Origin: Octopus sinensis
Lineage: Eukaryota
Direction of reading: 5' to 3'
Length of the DNA stretch: 64,000 nucleotides
NCBI RefSeq assembly: GCF_006345805.1
Contig: NC_043003.1
Location: 2,418,001-2,482,000 of the forward strand
Shown: positions 1 through 12,395 of the stretch, piece by piece
Layout of the letters: every line of letters starts with the position of its first letter
How positions within the stretch are numbered: the stretch's first letter is position 1
Made by a program: the position numbers and the translations under genes
Notes under the pieces: generated by a model
Seen by the model: only the letters and a program-made list of their open reading frames with translations
Told to the model about the DNA's origin: nothing
Databases searched by the model: none

Positions 1-925
1 CTTTTCTCTTTTTTCTCCTCTCTACTACGTTAGGACTGACAGTTTTAAATGATCTCATCGCTAACAACCTATTAGAATTTCGTTAATTTCCCTAAATTCC
101 GGCTGACCTGTTCGCTAAGAATATTTTTGCTCCTTTTCTCTTTTTTCTCCCTCTCTACTACGTTGGACTGACAGTTTTAAATGATCTCATCGCTAACAAC
201 CTATTAGAATTTCGTTATTCTCCCTAAATTCCGGCTGACCTGTTCGCTAAGAATATTTTTGCTCCTTTTCTCTTTTTTCTCCCTCTCTACTACGTTAGGA
301 CTGACAGTTTTAAATGATCTCATCGCTAACAACCTATTAGAATTTCGTTAATTCTCCCTAAATTCCGGCTGACCTGTTCGCTAAGAATATTTTTGCTCCT
401 TTTCTCTTTTTTCTCCCTCTCTACTACGTTAGGACTGACAGTTTTAAATGATCTCATCGCTAACAACCTATTAGAATTTCGTTAATTCTCCCTAAATTCC
501 GGCTGACCTGTTCGCTAAGAATATTTTTGCTCCTTTTCTCTTTTTTCTCCCTCTCTACTACGTTAGGACTGACAGTTTTAAATGATCTCATCGCTAACAA
601 CCTATTAGAATTTCGTTAATTCTCCCTAAATTCCGGCTGACCTGTTCGCTAAGAAATTTTTGCTCCTTTTCTCTCTTTTTTTTTTCTCCCTCTCTACTAC
701 GTTAGGACTGACAGTTTTAAATGATCTCATCATCGCTAACAACCTATTAGAATTTCGTTAATTCTCCCTAATTCCCGGCTGACCTGTTCGCTAAGAATAT
801 TTTTGCTCCTTTTCTCTTTTTTCTCCTCTCTACTACGTTAGGACTGACAGTTTTAAATGATCTCATCGCTAACAACCTATTAGAATTTCGTTAATTCTCC
901 CTAAATTCCGGCTGACCTGTTCGCT
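1..925. repeat. Tandem array (satellite/minisatellite), ~132-143 bp unit, about 7 units visible, runs off the left edge
   Basis: Units start at 1, 133, 265, 399, 533, 666 and 809. They are nearly identical and differ mainly by 1-nt or homopolymer indels. The array ends at ...GACCTGTTCGCT (925). Confidence 0.97.
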
Positions 926-1099
926 GTGCGCCCGCTCAAACCCACCCCCACCACCAATACCGGATATCTCTCTATTCTCTCCCCTTCCCACTTCCCTCCT
1001 AGTGATATTGCTGCTTCTACTACAACTGCTGCTGCTGATGATGATGGTGAATATTAGTGGTTGAAATTTAACATAGGCAAAAAAAAAAAAAACCGTAAT

Positions 1100-4000
1100 A
1101 ATAATTTAACATTACTTGAAAAGGTAGTGGGTAGCGAACTTCTTCACTACTTCAGGGAGTGACGACCCTGCCTGACACGAGTTCCGGGCTCAGCTGGCTC
1201 CGGCTGACAGTACCCGGTATGGGCCCCTATCCAGGGTTACGGAAAGGAGACAACCTTCAATGAAATCCGGAGTGGAGCCCCGAAGGCGGTCTAGTGTTCG
1301 ATTCGACACTCTTCCGGCAGCTCCTGCAACCAAGCTGGTGCCAAACGTAATGCACTGCACTCCACTGGACTACATCAGCAAGGTCGAGAGAGGAAACCTG
1401 ACGATTGGGCTACCCAGGACTTTCTTATCTATAGCCCAGGCCTGCGCAAAACTGGAGAGGACACTTCAGTGCTGCTGTAAAAAGCTGCAGAAACAACATG
1501 GGAGGTAACAGTTACGAGTGATAAGTCCATTCAGATTGGCGTAAAATATGGACGCTACGGGTTACCTCTGCTGGTGGGAGGGACTTCGTGTCCTATTGGT
1601 TAGCTACTGCCCACCTCAAGCTGGGCAGCCCCCAGTTAATAAGGTGCTGACCCGCCACAAGCCGCCTGTTCCATTGGGTGCTTGGAGCTAAGAGTACGAC
1701 TCGAAAAGCGGCCTGCAACCTCTGCACCAGGCAAGCAACTAAAATTCAAAAAACACCAGTTCTGCAGTTGGCAAGCTGGAATGTCAGGACCATGTGTCCT
1801 GGAATATCTGACGATCTTCTCAGTATTGAAGACACAAGGAAAACGGCCATCATTGACCGTGAACTAAGAGGCTCAACATAGATATTGCTGGGCTGCAGGA
1901 GACAAGACTTCCCTCAAATGGCAGACTCAAAGAGCAGGACTTCACCTTCTTTTGGCAGGGAAGAGATCCAGAAGAACCTCGTCAACATGGCGTTGGCTTT
2001 GCAGTGAGAAACTCACTACTCTCCTCAATAGAACCACCATCGGGAGGCACTGAGCGTATCCTCTCACTGCGCCTCTCGACTTCTTCTGGCTCAGTACATC
2101 TACTCAGCATCTATGCTCCCACTCTCTACAGCTCAGAGGAGACCAAGGACCAGTTCTACAAAGATCTCAACTGTGTCCTAGAAAATATACCAACGACTGA
2201 AAATATCTACCTTCTAGGGGATTTTAACGCTCGCGTGGGATCTGACCATGATTCGTGGCCCATTTGTGTTGGACACTTTGGTATTGGCAACATGAATGAC
2301 AATGGTCAGAGACTACTCGAATTCTGCACATACCACAACCTGTGCATCACAAACACATTCTTTACCAACAGGCCATCCCACAAGGCATCCTGGAGACATC
2401 CAAGATCTCACCACTGGCATCAGCTGGATCTCATTATTACACGGAGATCCTTTCTGAGTTCCACTCTATTGACCCGCAGTTACCACAGTGCGGATTGTGA
2501 CACAGACCACTCACTAATTAGAAGCAGGGTGAGGATTCTCCCTAAAAAAGTCCATCGCTCCAAGAAAGTGGGCCGACCACGCATCAACACCGCCAGAACC
2601 TCGGACCCTACACTGCGAAAATGTTTTGCTGCTTCTATCACGGTTGCCCTCAGTAGCTGCCCAACCTCCTCTGCTGAAAGTAGGTGGGACTATATCAGGG
2701 AAGCCTGTATACGACATCATTGGATACTTTCGGCATGAGAGAAAGGCAAAACCCAGATTGGTTCAATGCTGGGCTCTCAGAGCTGGAGCCAGTTATCGAA
2801 GCAAAGCGTGCAGCTCTGGTGCAATACAAGAGTGACTCTTCTACAAAGTCACTCGAGGAACTCAGAAAGGCACGAAATAAAACCCAACTGACAGCCAGAT
2901 GCTGTGCAAATAGGTATTGGCAGGAAATCTGTCAGAGTATCCAGTCAGCTGCTGACAGGGGCGACACCCGTGGGATGTATGCTGGTTTGAAGAAGGCCCT
3001 CGGTCCATCCGCAACCAAGTCAGCCCCTCTGAAATCAACTACTGGAGATCTCATCAGGGATCAAGGCAAGCAAATGGATAGATGGGTGGAGCACTACCAG
3101 GATCTCTACTCACGGGAGACTACAGTGGCTGAGGCTGCAGTCGAGAGTGTCAAGATCTTGCCAGTCATGTGCGAACTTGACAGTCCGCCATCTATAGCAG
3201 AGCTCACCAAGGCTGTTGACTCCCTAGCAAGAAATAAGGCTCCGGGAAAAGACGGCATCCCCTCAGAGATCATCAAAGCCGGCAAAAACACCATCCTGCT
3301 TCGGCACCTTCATGAGCTTCTGTGTCAGTGCTGGGAAAAGGGTACAGTCCCTCAGGATATGCGGGATGCCAACATCATTACGCTCTACAAAAACAAAGGT
3401 GACCGTGGTGATTGTAACAATTACCGTGGTATATCCCTTCTAAGCATGTTGGAAAGACCTTTGCCCGCGTTATCCTGGCCAGGCTACAACTACTTGCTTC
3501 TCGAATCTATCCGGAATAGTGTGGCTTTAGAAGAAGCAGATCAACTATCGATATGATATTCTCCATACGCCAACTTCAGGAGAAGTCCAGAGAGCAGAAA
3601 ATGCCATTATATATGGCCTTCATTGATCTAACAAAGGCTTTTGACTCGGTAAGCAGAACAGGCCTCTTCCTCCTGCTCCAAAAAATCGGATGTCCACCAA
3701 AGCTGCTGAGGATCATCAAGTCTTTCCATGATGACATGCAAGGCACCATACAGCACAACAGTTCAACATCAGCCGCCTTCCAAATAAAAAACGGGGTAAA
3801 GCAAGGCTGTGTCCTCGCTCCTACATTGTTTGGCATCTTCTTCTCACTCTTGCTGTCACATGCCTTTCAGACATCAGATGATGGAGTGTTTCTGCACAGT
3901 AGAAGTGACGGGAAACTGTTCAATCTCTCGCGCCTGCGTGCCAAGACCAAAATCAGAAACGTCCTGATCAAGGAGATGTTATTTGCTGATGATGCCGCTC

Positions 4001-5014
4001 TGGTAACACACACAGAAGAAGCCCTCCAAAGGCTCATTAACTGTTTTGAGCAAGCATGTAACGACTTTGGCTTAGCTATCAGCCTTAAGAAGACCAACAT
4101 CATGGGCCAGGCTACATCGGACATCCCAAACATACATATTGGAGACCACAGATTACAAGAGGTGGAGAAGTTTACCTATCTGGGCTCTACCGTCACCTAC
4201 AACCTATCCCTTGATGCTGAGCTCAATATACGCATTGGCAAGGCAGCTGCTGCGATGGCCCAACTTTCCAAACGGGCTTGGGACAACAATAAGCTGACCA
4301 AGACCACAAAAATGAAGATCTACCAGGCATGTGTACTCAGCACTCTACTGTATGGAAGCGAGACCTGGACGCTATACACACGCCAAGAGCGTCACCTAAA
4401 CATCTTTCACCTGCGCTGCCTCCGAAAAATCCTCCACATCAAATGGCAGAATCATATCCCCAACAAAGATGTCCTCAGGCAAGCAGGAATACCAAGCATG
4501 TTTGCACTCCTCACACAAAGACGTATGAGATGGCTTGGGCATGTTAGCAGTATGAAAGATGGCAGAATCCCCAAGGACATACTCTACGGAGAGCTTGCTA
4601 GGGGTACTAGGTCTGTGGGTAGACCGATCTTACGCTACAAGGATGTTTGCAAAAGGGATATGAAGGCCTGCAACATCAACATTAGCGGTTGGGAGGCAGT
4701 CGCCGGCAACCGTGGAGAATGGCGACGTACAGTAAAAGAGGGTATACAGAGGAGTGACAGAAAGAGAGAGGAGAAATGGAAAGAAAGGAAGAGACATAAA
4801 CAAGAGGCCATGGCACTACAACCAGCCAGGAACAGTCTTCGCTACATTTGCAGTACCTGCCAGAGGGAGTGTTTGTCCAGGATAGGACTACACAGCCACA
4901 GCAAGAAATGTAACAGGAAATAAAGTATAACAACCGGACTAGACCTAGAAAAAAAAAAAAAAAAAAAATATGCGCAACTCCATTGTCTCCCGAGACAGAA
5001 AGGATGCCAAACAA
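1100..5014 (+). mobile_element. Near full-length RTE-clade non-LTR retrotransposon (5' boundary approximate)
   Basis: ~550-nt 5' UTR, one EN-RT reading frame, then a short 3' UTR with an A tract (4949-4969) and an RTE-type tail GCGCAACTCCATTGTCTCCCGAGACAGAAAGGATGCC-AAACAA. No TSD identified. Confidence 0.92.
1678..4923 (+). pseudogene. RTE ORF: APE endonuclease + reverse transcriptase + C-terminal zinc finger, interrupted by small deletions
   Basis: APE motifs WNVRT, DIAGLQETRL, IYAPT, LLGDFNARVG, TDHSLI. RT motifs KAPGKDGIP, NYRGISLL, FIDLTKAFD, GVKQGCVLAP, LFADD. C-terminal CSTC..LHSHSKKC. Frameshifts at ~1866, ~2706 and ~3447, plus an in-frame TAG at ~3517. Confidence 0.92.
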
Positions 5015-5677
5015 TATATATGTATATATATTATATGATTTTCTTTGAAATATTTTTGGCGTAAAAACATGCATCTTATATTCCATCAAATATATATGTT
5101 CAATGGAACCAAATTCTTGATATGAATTACAATTGAAGAATATGGTACCAATTATGCTGTTGGTAAAGTTTTATCATCCCATTATTGAATAAATTTCATT
5201 ATTGATTAAATTTTAAGGTGGCAAGCTGGCAGAATCATTAGCACACTGGGCGAAATGCTTAGTGATATTTCATCTGTCTTTACATTCTGAGTTCAAATTC
5301 CACCAACGTCAACTTTGCCTTTTATCCTTTCAGAGTCGATAAATTAAGTACCAGTTATGCACTGGAGTTGATGTAATCGACTTAATCCATTTGTCTGTCC
5401 TTGTTTGTTCCCTCTGTATTTAGCCCCTTGTGGGTAGTAAAAAAATAGGTATTTCATCTGTCTTTACATTCTGAGTTCAAATTCCACCAAGGTCAACTTT
5501 GCCTTTCATCTTTTCAGGGTCGATAAATTAAGTACCAGTTATGTACTGAGGTTGATGTAATCGATTTAATCCCTTTGTCTGTCCATGTTTGTTCCTTCTA
5601 TGTTCAGCTCCCTGGGGGCAATAAAGAAAAAAATTATTGATTAAATTTCATGTTTACAAACTGTTTCTGTCTTCCAG

Positions 5678-5828
5678 AAAACTTTCATCGATGTTTTACA
5701 TAAAATCTGTGAAGAAGAATCCAATGACATGATGGGGATTTTGGATCAGAGTCGAAATGAAATCCATGATATGGCATCGTCCATACAGAAAGAGCAAAAA
5801 GCCTTCAAGGAGACACTCCATCAACTCA
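5678..5828 (+). CDS. Unidentified coiled-coil-like gene, exon a (internal)
   Basis: cttccag|AAA...CTC A|gtaagt. Translates KTFIDVLHKICEEESNDMMGILDQSRNEIHDMASSIQKEQKAFKETLHQL. 151 nt, ends in phase 1. Confidence 0.8.
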
Positions 5829-5896
5829 GTAAGTTGACAGTTTTGTTTTCTAAACTTAAATTTAAACAACAAAATTATCAATCAATAAATATTTAG

Positions 5897-6310
5897 AATA
5901 AAGATTGTTTGCCAACATAACATGGCAGTCCTGTTTTAGGACGAATGCTGCTGTAATTTAGCCCCAGGAGACATCGTCTCCAGCTGGCCATATGACAAGA
6001 TCTGTATCCTTATATTTTCAAACAAGGGAATCTAGCACCCTCACTCGGCTCAAAACAATATCTGTGTATTGTGATTCTGGGCTATTTCCCTTCATCAGCA
6101 CAGAATAATTGTTTGCCTGGAGGTGGCGCTGCCAAATTCCCTTTTGAAATATAGAGTTTTCAAAGTGACAACTTGTCACTTGTTCGAAAATATAAGGACA
6201 CAGATCGTGTTGTATAGCCAGCTGGAAACGATGTCTCCTGGGGCTAAACTACAGCAACATTTGTCCTAAACCAGGACTGCCATGTTATATTGGCAAACAA
6301 CCTTTACTCC
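5897..6310. repeat. ~410-bp imperfect fold-back element with a hammerhead-like motif at its apex (6061-6104, minus)
   Basis: 5897-6026 matches the reverse complement of 6180-6310, and the inner region is also self-complementary. Apex: UCUGUG CUGAUGA A GGG-aaauag-CCC A GAAU CACAA UA CACAGA. Confidence 0.7.
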
Positions 6311-7899
6311 AAAGTACTGTTGCTGAATATCTCCCCTTATGAAATTTACAAATAGCAATTTTCTAATAAATATTTAATTTGATCAGTCATTTACATACAT
6401 TTTGTTTCATAATGTGTCGAAGAAGAGGCAAAAATAAGGAGACTTTTATCTTGAAATGAAATCAGAACGGGGTATCTAGCTTCGATCCACAAGGACCAGC
6501 CGAACCCTTTGGTCATACCCACATGTGTACAGTATCCTGACCTCTGTCCAGAAACCATTCTCTTTCAGAGATCCCTTCCACACATCATTGCCCCTTGACA
6601 TCCTGATGAAGAAAGAGGTTGTTCAAATTTTCTGCTTCTTGGTGTGACATCACTTCCCCTCGCTTCCAGTCCCGATGTCTCCCTTCACTTCTCCACATAA
6701 GGATTTCTCATTGATGAGACTCCTATGGCTGCTTCAAAAGTATGAAATGCTATCAACAGAAGGTGAAGGGAATAAATGACTGACCAGCAAATTCCTACGA
6801 GAGTGGCTTAGTCTATCGCATTCTTTGCAGGAATTGGTCTGTAGAATGCTACTGCAAAAGTCCATTTATGGACTCTACTGGCAGAAGAGTTTGAAGTGGT
6901 AATAGTTGGCTGCTACATAATTGTATGGGATCAAAAAACACGAAGAGACCAACTTAGCAATTAAAGTGATGAGAATTTCTGTGCATAAAGAAGACACGGA
7001 TTAAACAGGGAGAGAACAGGTTGTGTTGATAACATCTTAAACCTCCTTTCCGAACCCCAATTGTCAATGACGTTTAGTTCCTCAATATCATTACCAATCT
7101 TGGCATCATTTAGGAGTTTTTATGTATCTATGATCAAAGTTCTCAATTACCTGCTCCCTTTTAAGTGGAATTCACACTCCTCTGATTTCAAAGTAGAACT
7201 CCTTAAACACGTTATCAACAGACTGTGGCCCTTTTTGGCAATATTATTGGAATAGCTAATCCAGCCAGGCTGGGAATGTTTTGCTCCTGCCATTGTCTCC
7301 ATACTGGTAGTAATTTCATCCATAAAAGTCTGTGGTGATGCCAGTACCACGTGACTGCCAACCTTCATCCTTGCCAGATAACATAGGCTGTGTGGTAAGA
7401 AGTTTGCTTCCCAACCACAGGATTCCAAGTTCAGTCCCACTGCATGACATCTTCTACTGTAGTTTTAAGTTGACCAAACACTTGTGAGTGGATTTGGTAG
7501 ATGGAAACTGAAGGAAGCCTGTTGTGTGTATGTATGTATGTATGTATATATAAAAATCTGATGGAAATTGTAGTTGCGATACCTGTGCCAGTGGCATGTA
7601 AAATGCACCATCCATACGTAGCTGATTCCAGCGCTGCCTTGACTAGCTTCTGTGCTGGTGGCACGTAAAAAGCACCAACTGATCGTGGCCGTTTCCAGCC
7701 TCCCTTGGCACCTTGTGGATAGTAAAGAAATTGGTATTTCATCTGTCTTTACGTTCTGAGTTCAAATTCCGCCAAGGTCGACTTTGCTTTTCATCCTTTC
7801 GGGAGTTGATAAATTAAGTACCAGTTGCGTACTGGGGTCGATCTAATCGACTGGCTTCTCCCCCAAAATTTTGGAACTTGTGCCTAGAGTAGAAAAGAA

Positions 7900-8255
7900 T
7901 GTGCTACCTGTACGATTCCAAGCCATACAAGAGTGTAGTAAGAACGGCAGCTTTATAGACCTGCAGATTGGTGTTAAGTTTAATGCCCCTTTCATTCTGT
8001 GAGTGATGACGGAGTTTACCAAGTGAATTGGTTGTTTGCGCAAGAAGCTGCACAATTTCATCGTTAACGAAGCACTTGGATTTATTTTATTACCAAGATA
8101 TGTAAATGACTTCAAATATTTTAGGTTTTTCCCATCAACCTGTGTCGGAATGTCAGGGAAACTGTGAAATGGTAGCTTCTGTTTGGCACCTTGAATTTGC
8201 TTAGGAAAAGAACAAGATTGGTGGGTCACTTCCATCTTCTTTATATGACTGTGTA
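7900..8255 (-). mobile_element. Degraded RTE RT C-terminal remnant
   Basis: VDGKNLKYLKSFTYLGNKINPSASL..., resembling the V.KFTYLGS segment of the 1.1-5.0 kb RTE. Confidence 0.6.
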
Positions 8256-8669
8256 GGAAGAAGCTATAGGTGCAGCATGGCTGTATGGTAAGAAGCTTGC
8301 TTGCCAACCACATGGTTCCAGGTTCAGTCCCACTGTGTGGCACCTTGGGTAAGTGTCTTACGCTATAGCCTCAGGCTGACCAAAGCCTTGTGAGTGGATT
8401 TGGTAGACAGAAACTGAAAGAAGCCTGATGTATATATATGTTGTGTGTGTGTCTGCTTTGTCCCCCACCTCACCATCACGTGGCAACCAATATCAGTGTG
8501 TTTACATCCCTGTAACTTAGTGGTTCAGCAAAAGAGAAAGAATAAGTCCTGGGGTTGATTAGTTTGACTAAAGGTGGTGCTCCAGCATGGCCGCAGTCAA
8601 ATGACTGAAACAAATAAAAGAATAAAAATTTAAAAAAAAGTATGTTTATATGTCTTTGTATATGTGTTT

Positions 8670-9669
8670 CATCATCATCATCATCATCGTTTAGCGTCCG
8701 TTTTCCATGCTAGCATGGGTTGGACGGTTCTACTGGGGTCTGTGAAGCCAGAAGGCTTCATCAGGCCCAGTCAAATCTGGCAGTGTTTCTACGGCTGGAT
8801 GCCCTTCCTAACGCCAACCACTCCGTGAGTGTAGTGGGTGCTTTTTACGTGCCACCCGCACTGGTGCCAGACAGAGCTGGCAAACGGCCACGAATGGATG
8901 GTGCTTTTTATGTGCCACCGGCACGAGGGCCAGGCGAGGCTGGCAACGGACACGAAACGGGGCGGTGCTGGCAACGGTCGTGAAACGGAAAGTTCTCTTA
9001 CATGCCACCGGCACTGGTAACACATCTGCAATTTCCATTGATCGATTTCCATTGATCGATTTCGATTCTGATCCTCACTTGCCTCAACGGGTCTTCACAA
9101 GCAGAGTTTTGACATGCCACCGCACTGGTAGCACATCCCGCAATTTCCATTGATCGATTTCGATTCTGATCCTCACTTGCCTCAACACGTCTTCACAAGT
9201 AGAGTTTTGTGTCCCAAGAAGGGAAGGTATGCATACGTAGGCTGGCTCCATCCCATGTAGAAGGCCACGGGTTATGGACTCACTTGTCCTCCGGGTCTTC
9301 TCGCGCACAGCACACTTCCAGAGGTCTCGGTCTCTAGTCATTTCCTCAGTGAGACCTAAAGTTCGAAGGTCGTGCTTCACCACCTCGTCCCAGGTTTTCC
9401 TGGGTCTGCCTCTTCCACAGGTTCCCTCAACCGCTAGGTGTGGCACTTTTTCACACAACTATCTTCATCCATTCTCGCCACATGACCATACCAGCGCAAA
9501 CTCTCTTGCACACCACAACTGATGCTTCTTAGGTCCAGCTTTTCTCTCAAGGTACTTACACTCTGCCGAGTGTGAGTACCGGCATTACACATCCATCGGA
9601 GCATACTGGCTTCATTTCTAGCGAGCTTACGCATATCCTCAGCAGTCACGGCCCATGTTTCACTGCCAT
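8670..9669 (-). mobile_element. LINE family B, 1-kb 3' fragment, near-identical to 12361-13380
   Basis: Same C-terminal ORF segment, same internally duplicated 3' UTR and (GAT)n tail. Confidence 0.93.
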
Positions 9670-9815
9670 ATTTATATTATTTCAGATATTCTTCTTTCAA
9701 TGACAAATAGTTGTCGCAGTTATTATACTGGAAAAGCTTTTATCCAAAATGTAAATTCCATCCAAATTCCGTTGGAAATTCTCTACATTTCTATGTTTTG
9801 ATAATTCCGTTGTAG

Positions 9816-9991
9816 AAACTGAACGAGCAAATAGTGAACGGAATGAATCTCGAATGTCGACCGCCTCCTGTTTAGATGGAGTGGAAAATGGTGGAAGATC
9901 AAGGAAAAAGAACAAAAAGAATTCTGATTCCAGGCCGTCCAGTGTCTGTAGCCTACCTGCTGCGTCAACCACCCAAATTACTATTGAACAG
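9816..9991 (+). CDS. Unidentified coiled-coil-like gene, exon b
   Basis: tgtag|AA ACT...GAA CAG|gtacgt. Phase 1 in, phase 0 out. Translates (K)TERANSERNESRMSTASCLDGVENGGRSRKKNKKNSDSRPSSVCSLPAASTTQITIEQ. Confidence 0.78.
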
Positions 9992-10798
9992 GTACGTACA
10001 AAATTTATCTTTTACTTCTGTGTCACTACTTTGAAATTGTGCTTTGTTATTAGGTATATACACAGGCACGACAGAAGTAAATAGACACCATTATAATCAT
10101 TAAAATTAATTTAAGTCTGAAATTATACATTCAAATTATTTATTAATTGTTATAATGTGAATATTTAATATTTAGTAGACATGCCCTTTGCATAATTCCA
10201 CAACTCTAGTGTTTAGACAGCCTCAAGCTCAGGTTGAGGGCTGCAGTGGAAATAATCCCCATCCTTCTCCCCTTCAAGGACCTCATATATGTTTGTAATA
10301 TATATATTACTGGTGAAGGCTAGTTTATAGGGTTACCCTGGGTTTTATTGCCATAAAGGGTACCTTTATGGTGTATCTTCAGACCCTAAGGCCTGTTGGC
10401 CTATGGCTTCTTTAAAATATGGAGGGAGAAACAATATAAACAATGGGGATTATCTCCCTCTGCTGCTGGTCATCGGCTTCAGGCTGTGTCGCCCTCTGTC
10501 AGCTATGAGGGCAAAATGTAGGGAGTTATCCCCTACTCTCATCAGCTATCAATTTCAAGCCGTGGTGTAATTATTGCTAATATCGCTGTTATGTGGTTCC
10601 AAAGATGCTAACAGGAAATTCCTGAAATGCAAGCTCAGCCTGAAAATCTCTGTGACAGCCATACCAATGAGTTGATAGAGTTTGAAACTATGATCTTTGA
10701 GGTTGGATAAGTGATTCCACGTGACCACTAAAGGTTTATATAAGGTTTTGGGGGTTCGATGCAAGCAAAATAGTAAATTTAGGATCCACAGTAGCATC

Positions 10799-11027
10799 TT
10801 AACCCTTTCGTTACCTTATTTCTGTTGAGATGCTCTGGGTTTCTTTCAATTACTTTAAATATAACAAAGAATTTAGTAAAATAACTTAGTTATCATTAAG
10901 CTAGTGTTAGGAACATAAATTGTGACTAAGGTTTGGTGGAAGATTTTAATTCAAAACTTATGAAAACAAGACATTTGTACAACAGAGCCAGAACCGGTTT
11001 CAGCCGGGTTGGTATCGAAAGGGTTAA
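10799..11027. mobile_element. TTAA-flanked MITE (piggyBac-like ends), copy 1
   Basis: TTAA|CCCTTTCG ... CGAAAGGG|TTAA. Confidence 0.85.
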
Positions 11028-11050
11028 GAATTGTTTCTCTATTATATATT

Positions 11051-11283
11051 TTAACCCTTTCGTTACCATATTTCTGTTGAGATGTTCTGAGGAGTTTCTT
11101 TCAATTAATTTTAAATATAACAAAAAGTTTAGTAAAATAATTTAGTTATCCCTAAGCTAGTGTTAAGAACATAAATTGTGAGTAAGGTTTGGTGGAAGAT
11201 TTAGATTCAAAACTTATGAAAACAAGACATTTGTGCTACAGAGCAAGAGGCAGTTTCAGTTGGGTTGGTAACAAAAGGGTTAA
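11051..11283. mobile_element. TTAA-flanked MITE, copy 2 (tandem to copy 1)
   Basis: TTAA|CCCTTTCG ... AAAAGGG|TTAA. Colinear with copy 1, 23-bp spacer. Confidence 0.85.
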
Positions 11284-12359
11284 CGGTCCATGAAAAATCG
11301 TGTGCAGACAATTCATCGACAGACAATTTATTGACAGATAATTTGCTGATTGGACAGTTCACCAATGGACAATAAGTTGACATGCAGAAGTATTGATCAT
11401 TGAGTTCATCAAAATGGAACGAGGAGACGGACAGCTTCTATACAAAAGCTACACCTGTATTATTGATAGAACCACAAAAGAAATGGTCCTGTTTGTAAGT
11501 TGTCTGTCAGCCAACTGTTTGTCAATGAATTGTCCGCCTACCATGAAAAAAATTACTTTGGGGATATTTATTGCTAGAAACCGGCTCAGTTACTTTCTCC
11601 AATGCTTTACCAAATTCTTCCCACACAACGTAATGTGAGAAAAACAAAATAGGAATTATGAAAGAAGCATCTATAAGATTAGTTTTAAAACACCAAATGA
11701 TCTTGGGGGTCCACCAGAGTAAGGTAGGAATCAACAGAGAACCATGAGAATAGAGAATTATTTCAAATGATTAAAGAATCATTTCAAATTGCAGATAAAC
11801 AAAAATTTATACAAAAACCATTCAGCTTTCATGAGAATGTCCTGCAATAATTTTATGTTTTATTAATTTTATATTTCCTTGTTTTTCAGAATAGATTTAT
11901 TGCTTCTAACAAAGTGTGTTTGTGTTTTACTAATTTACTTCTTTATTATGTCATTAATTACTGAAATCAGATATTGGTGTTTGAAAAAGATGATTCAAGC
12001 CAAGACATGATTCAATTGGTATTATTATTCACTGTGCGTACGTAGGCGGATGAGTGCTGTTGCATGTTAGGACTTGAACGACCGTCTTTGTAAAACAGAA
12101 GGAGAATGGGCTTATATAACAGAAAACAGGAGTGTGTTTAAGTCTCAGGCTCACAGTCACACATCCACACACGTGTATAGATACACAGCTGAATCTGCGA
12201 AAGATAGTATGATATCGATATAGCTATGGTAGAAAACTGGCTTTCAAATCAAACAAAAATGTCACACTTACATAAGCATGCATGTATGTATAGATGGATG
12301 TGTGTGTGTATATATATGTCTGTATCTATGTGTTTATGGATGGATGGCTGTGTGTATGT

Positions 12360-12360
<1 letters not shown>

Positions 12361-12395
<35 letters not shown>

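Noticed and set aside
1-925. CRISPR-like array
   Set aside because: Units are contiguous and near-identical with no unique spacers, and the context is eukaryotic with no cas genes.
1260-1508. 82-aa upstream ORF as an RTE ORF1
   Set aside because: No recognisable motifs. RTE elements typically have one ORF, so this is probably incidental UTR sequence.
1100-1680. HDV-like ribozyme in the RTE 5' UTR
   Set aside because: Known from other RTE elements, and several hairpins are present, but I could not assemble the nested P1/P2/P3/P1.1 pseudoknot by eye. It needs a descriptor search.
6781-7380. Possible old LINE coding remnant on the minus strand
   Set aside because: Only vague similarity (NIAKKGHS...), with no diagnostic motif.
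8745-8764. CTGATGA plus hairpin (AAGCC-TTCT-GGCTT) on the sense strand of the LINE B tail
   Set aside because: No GAAA box follows, and other copies read CTGATGC or CTGGTGC.
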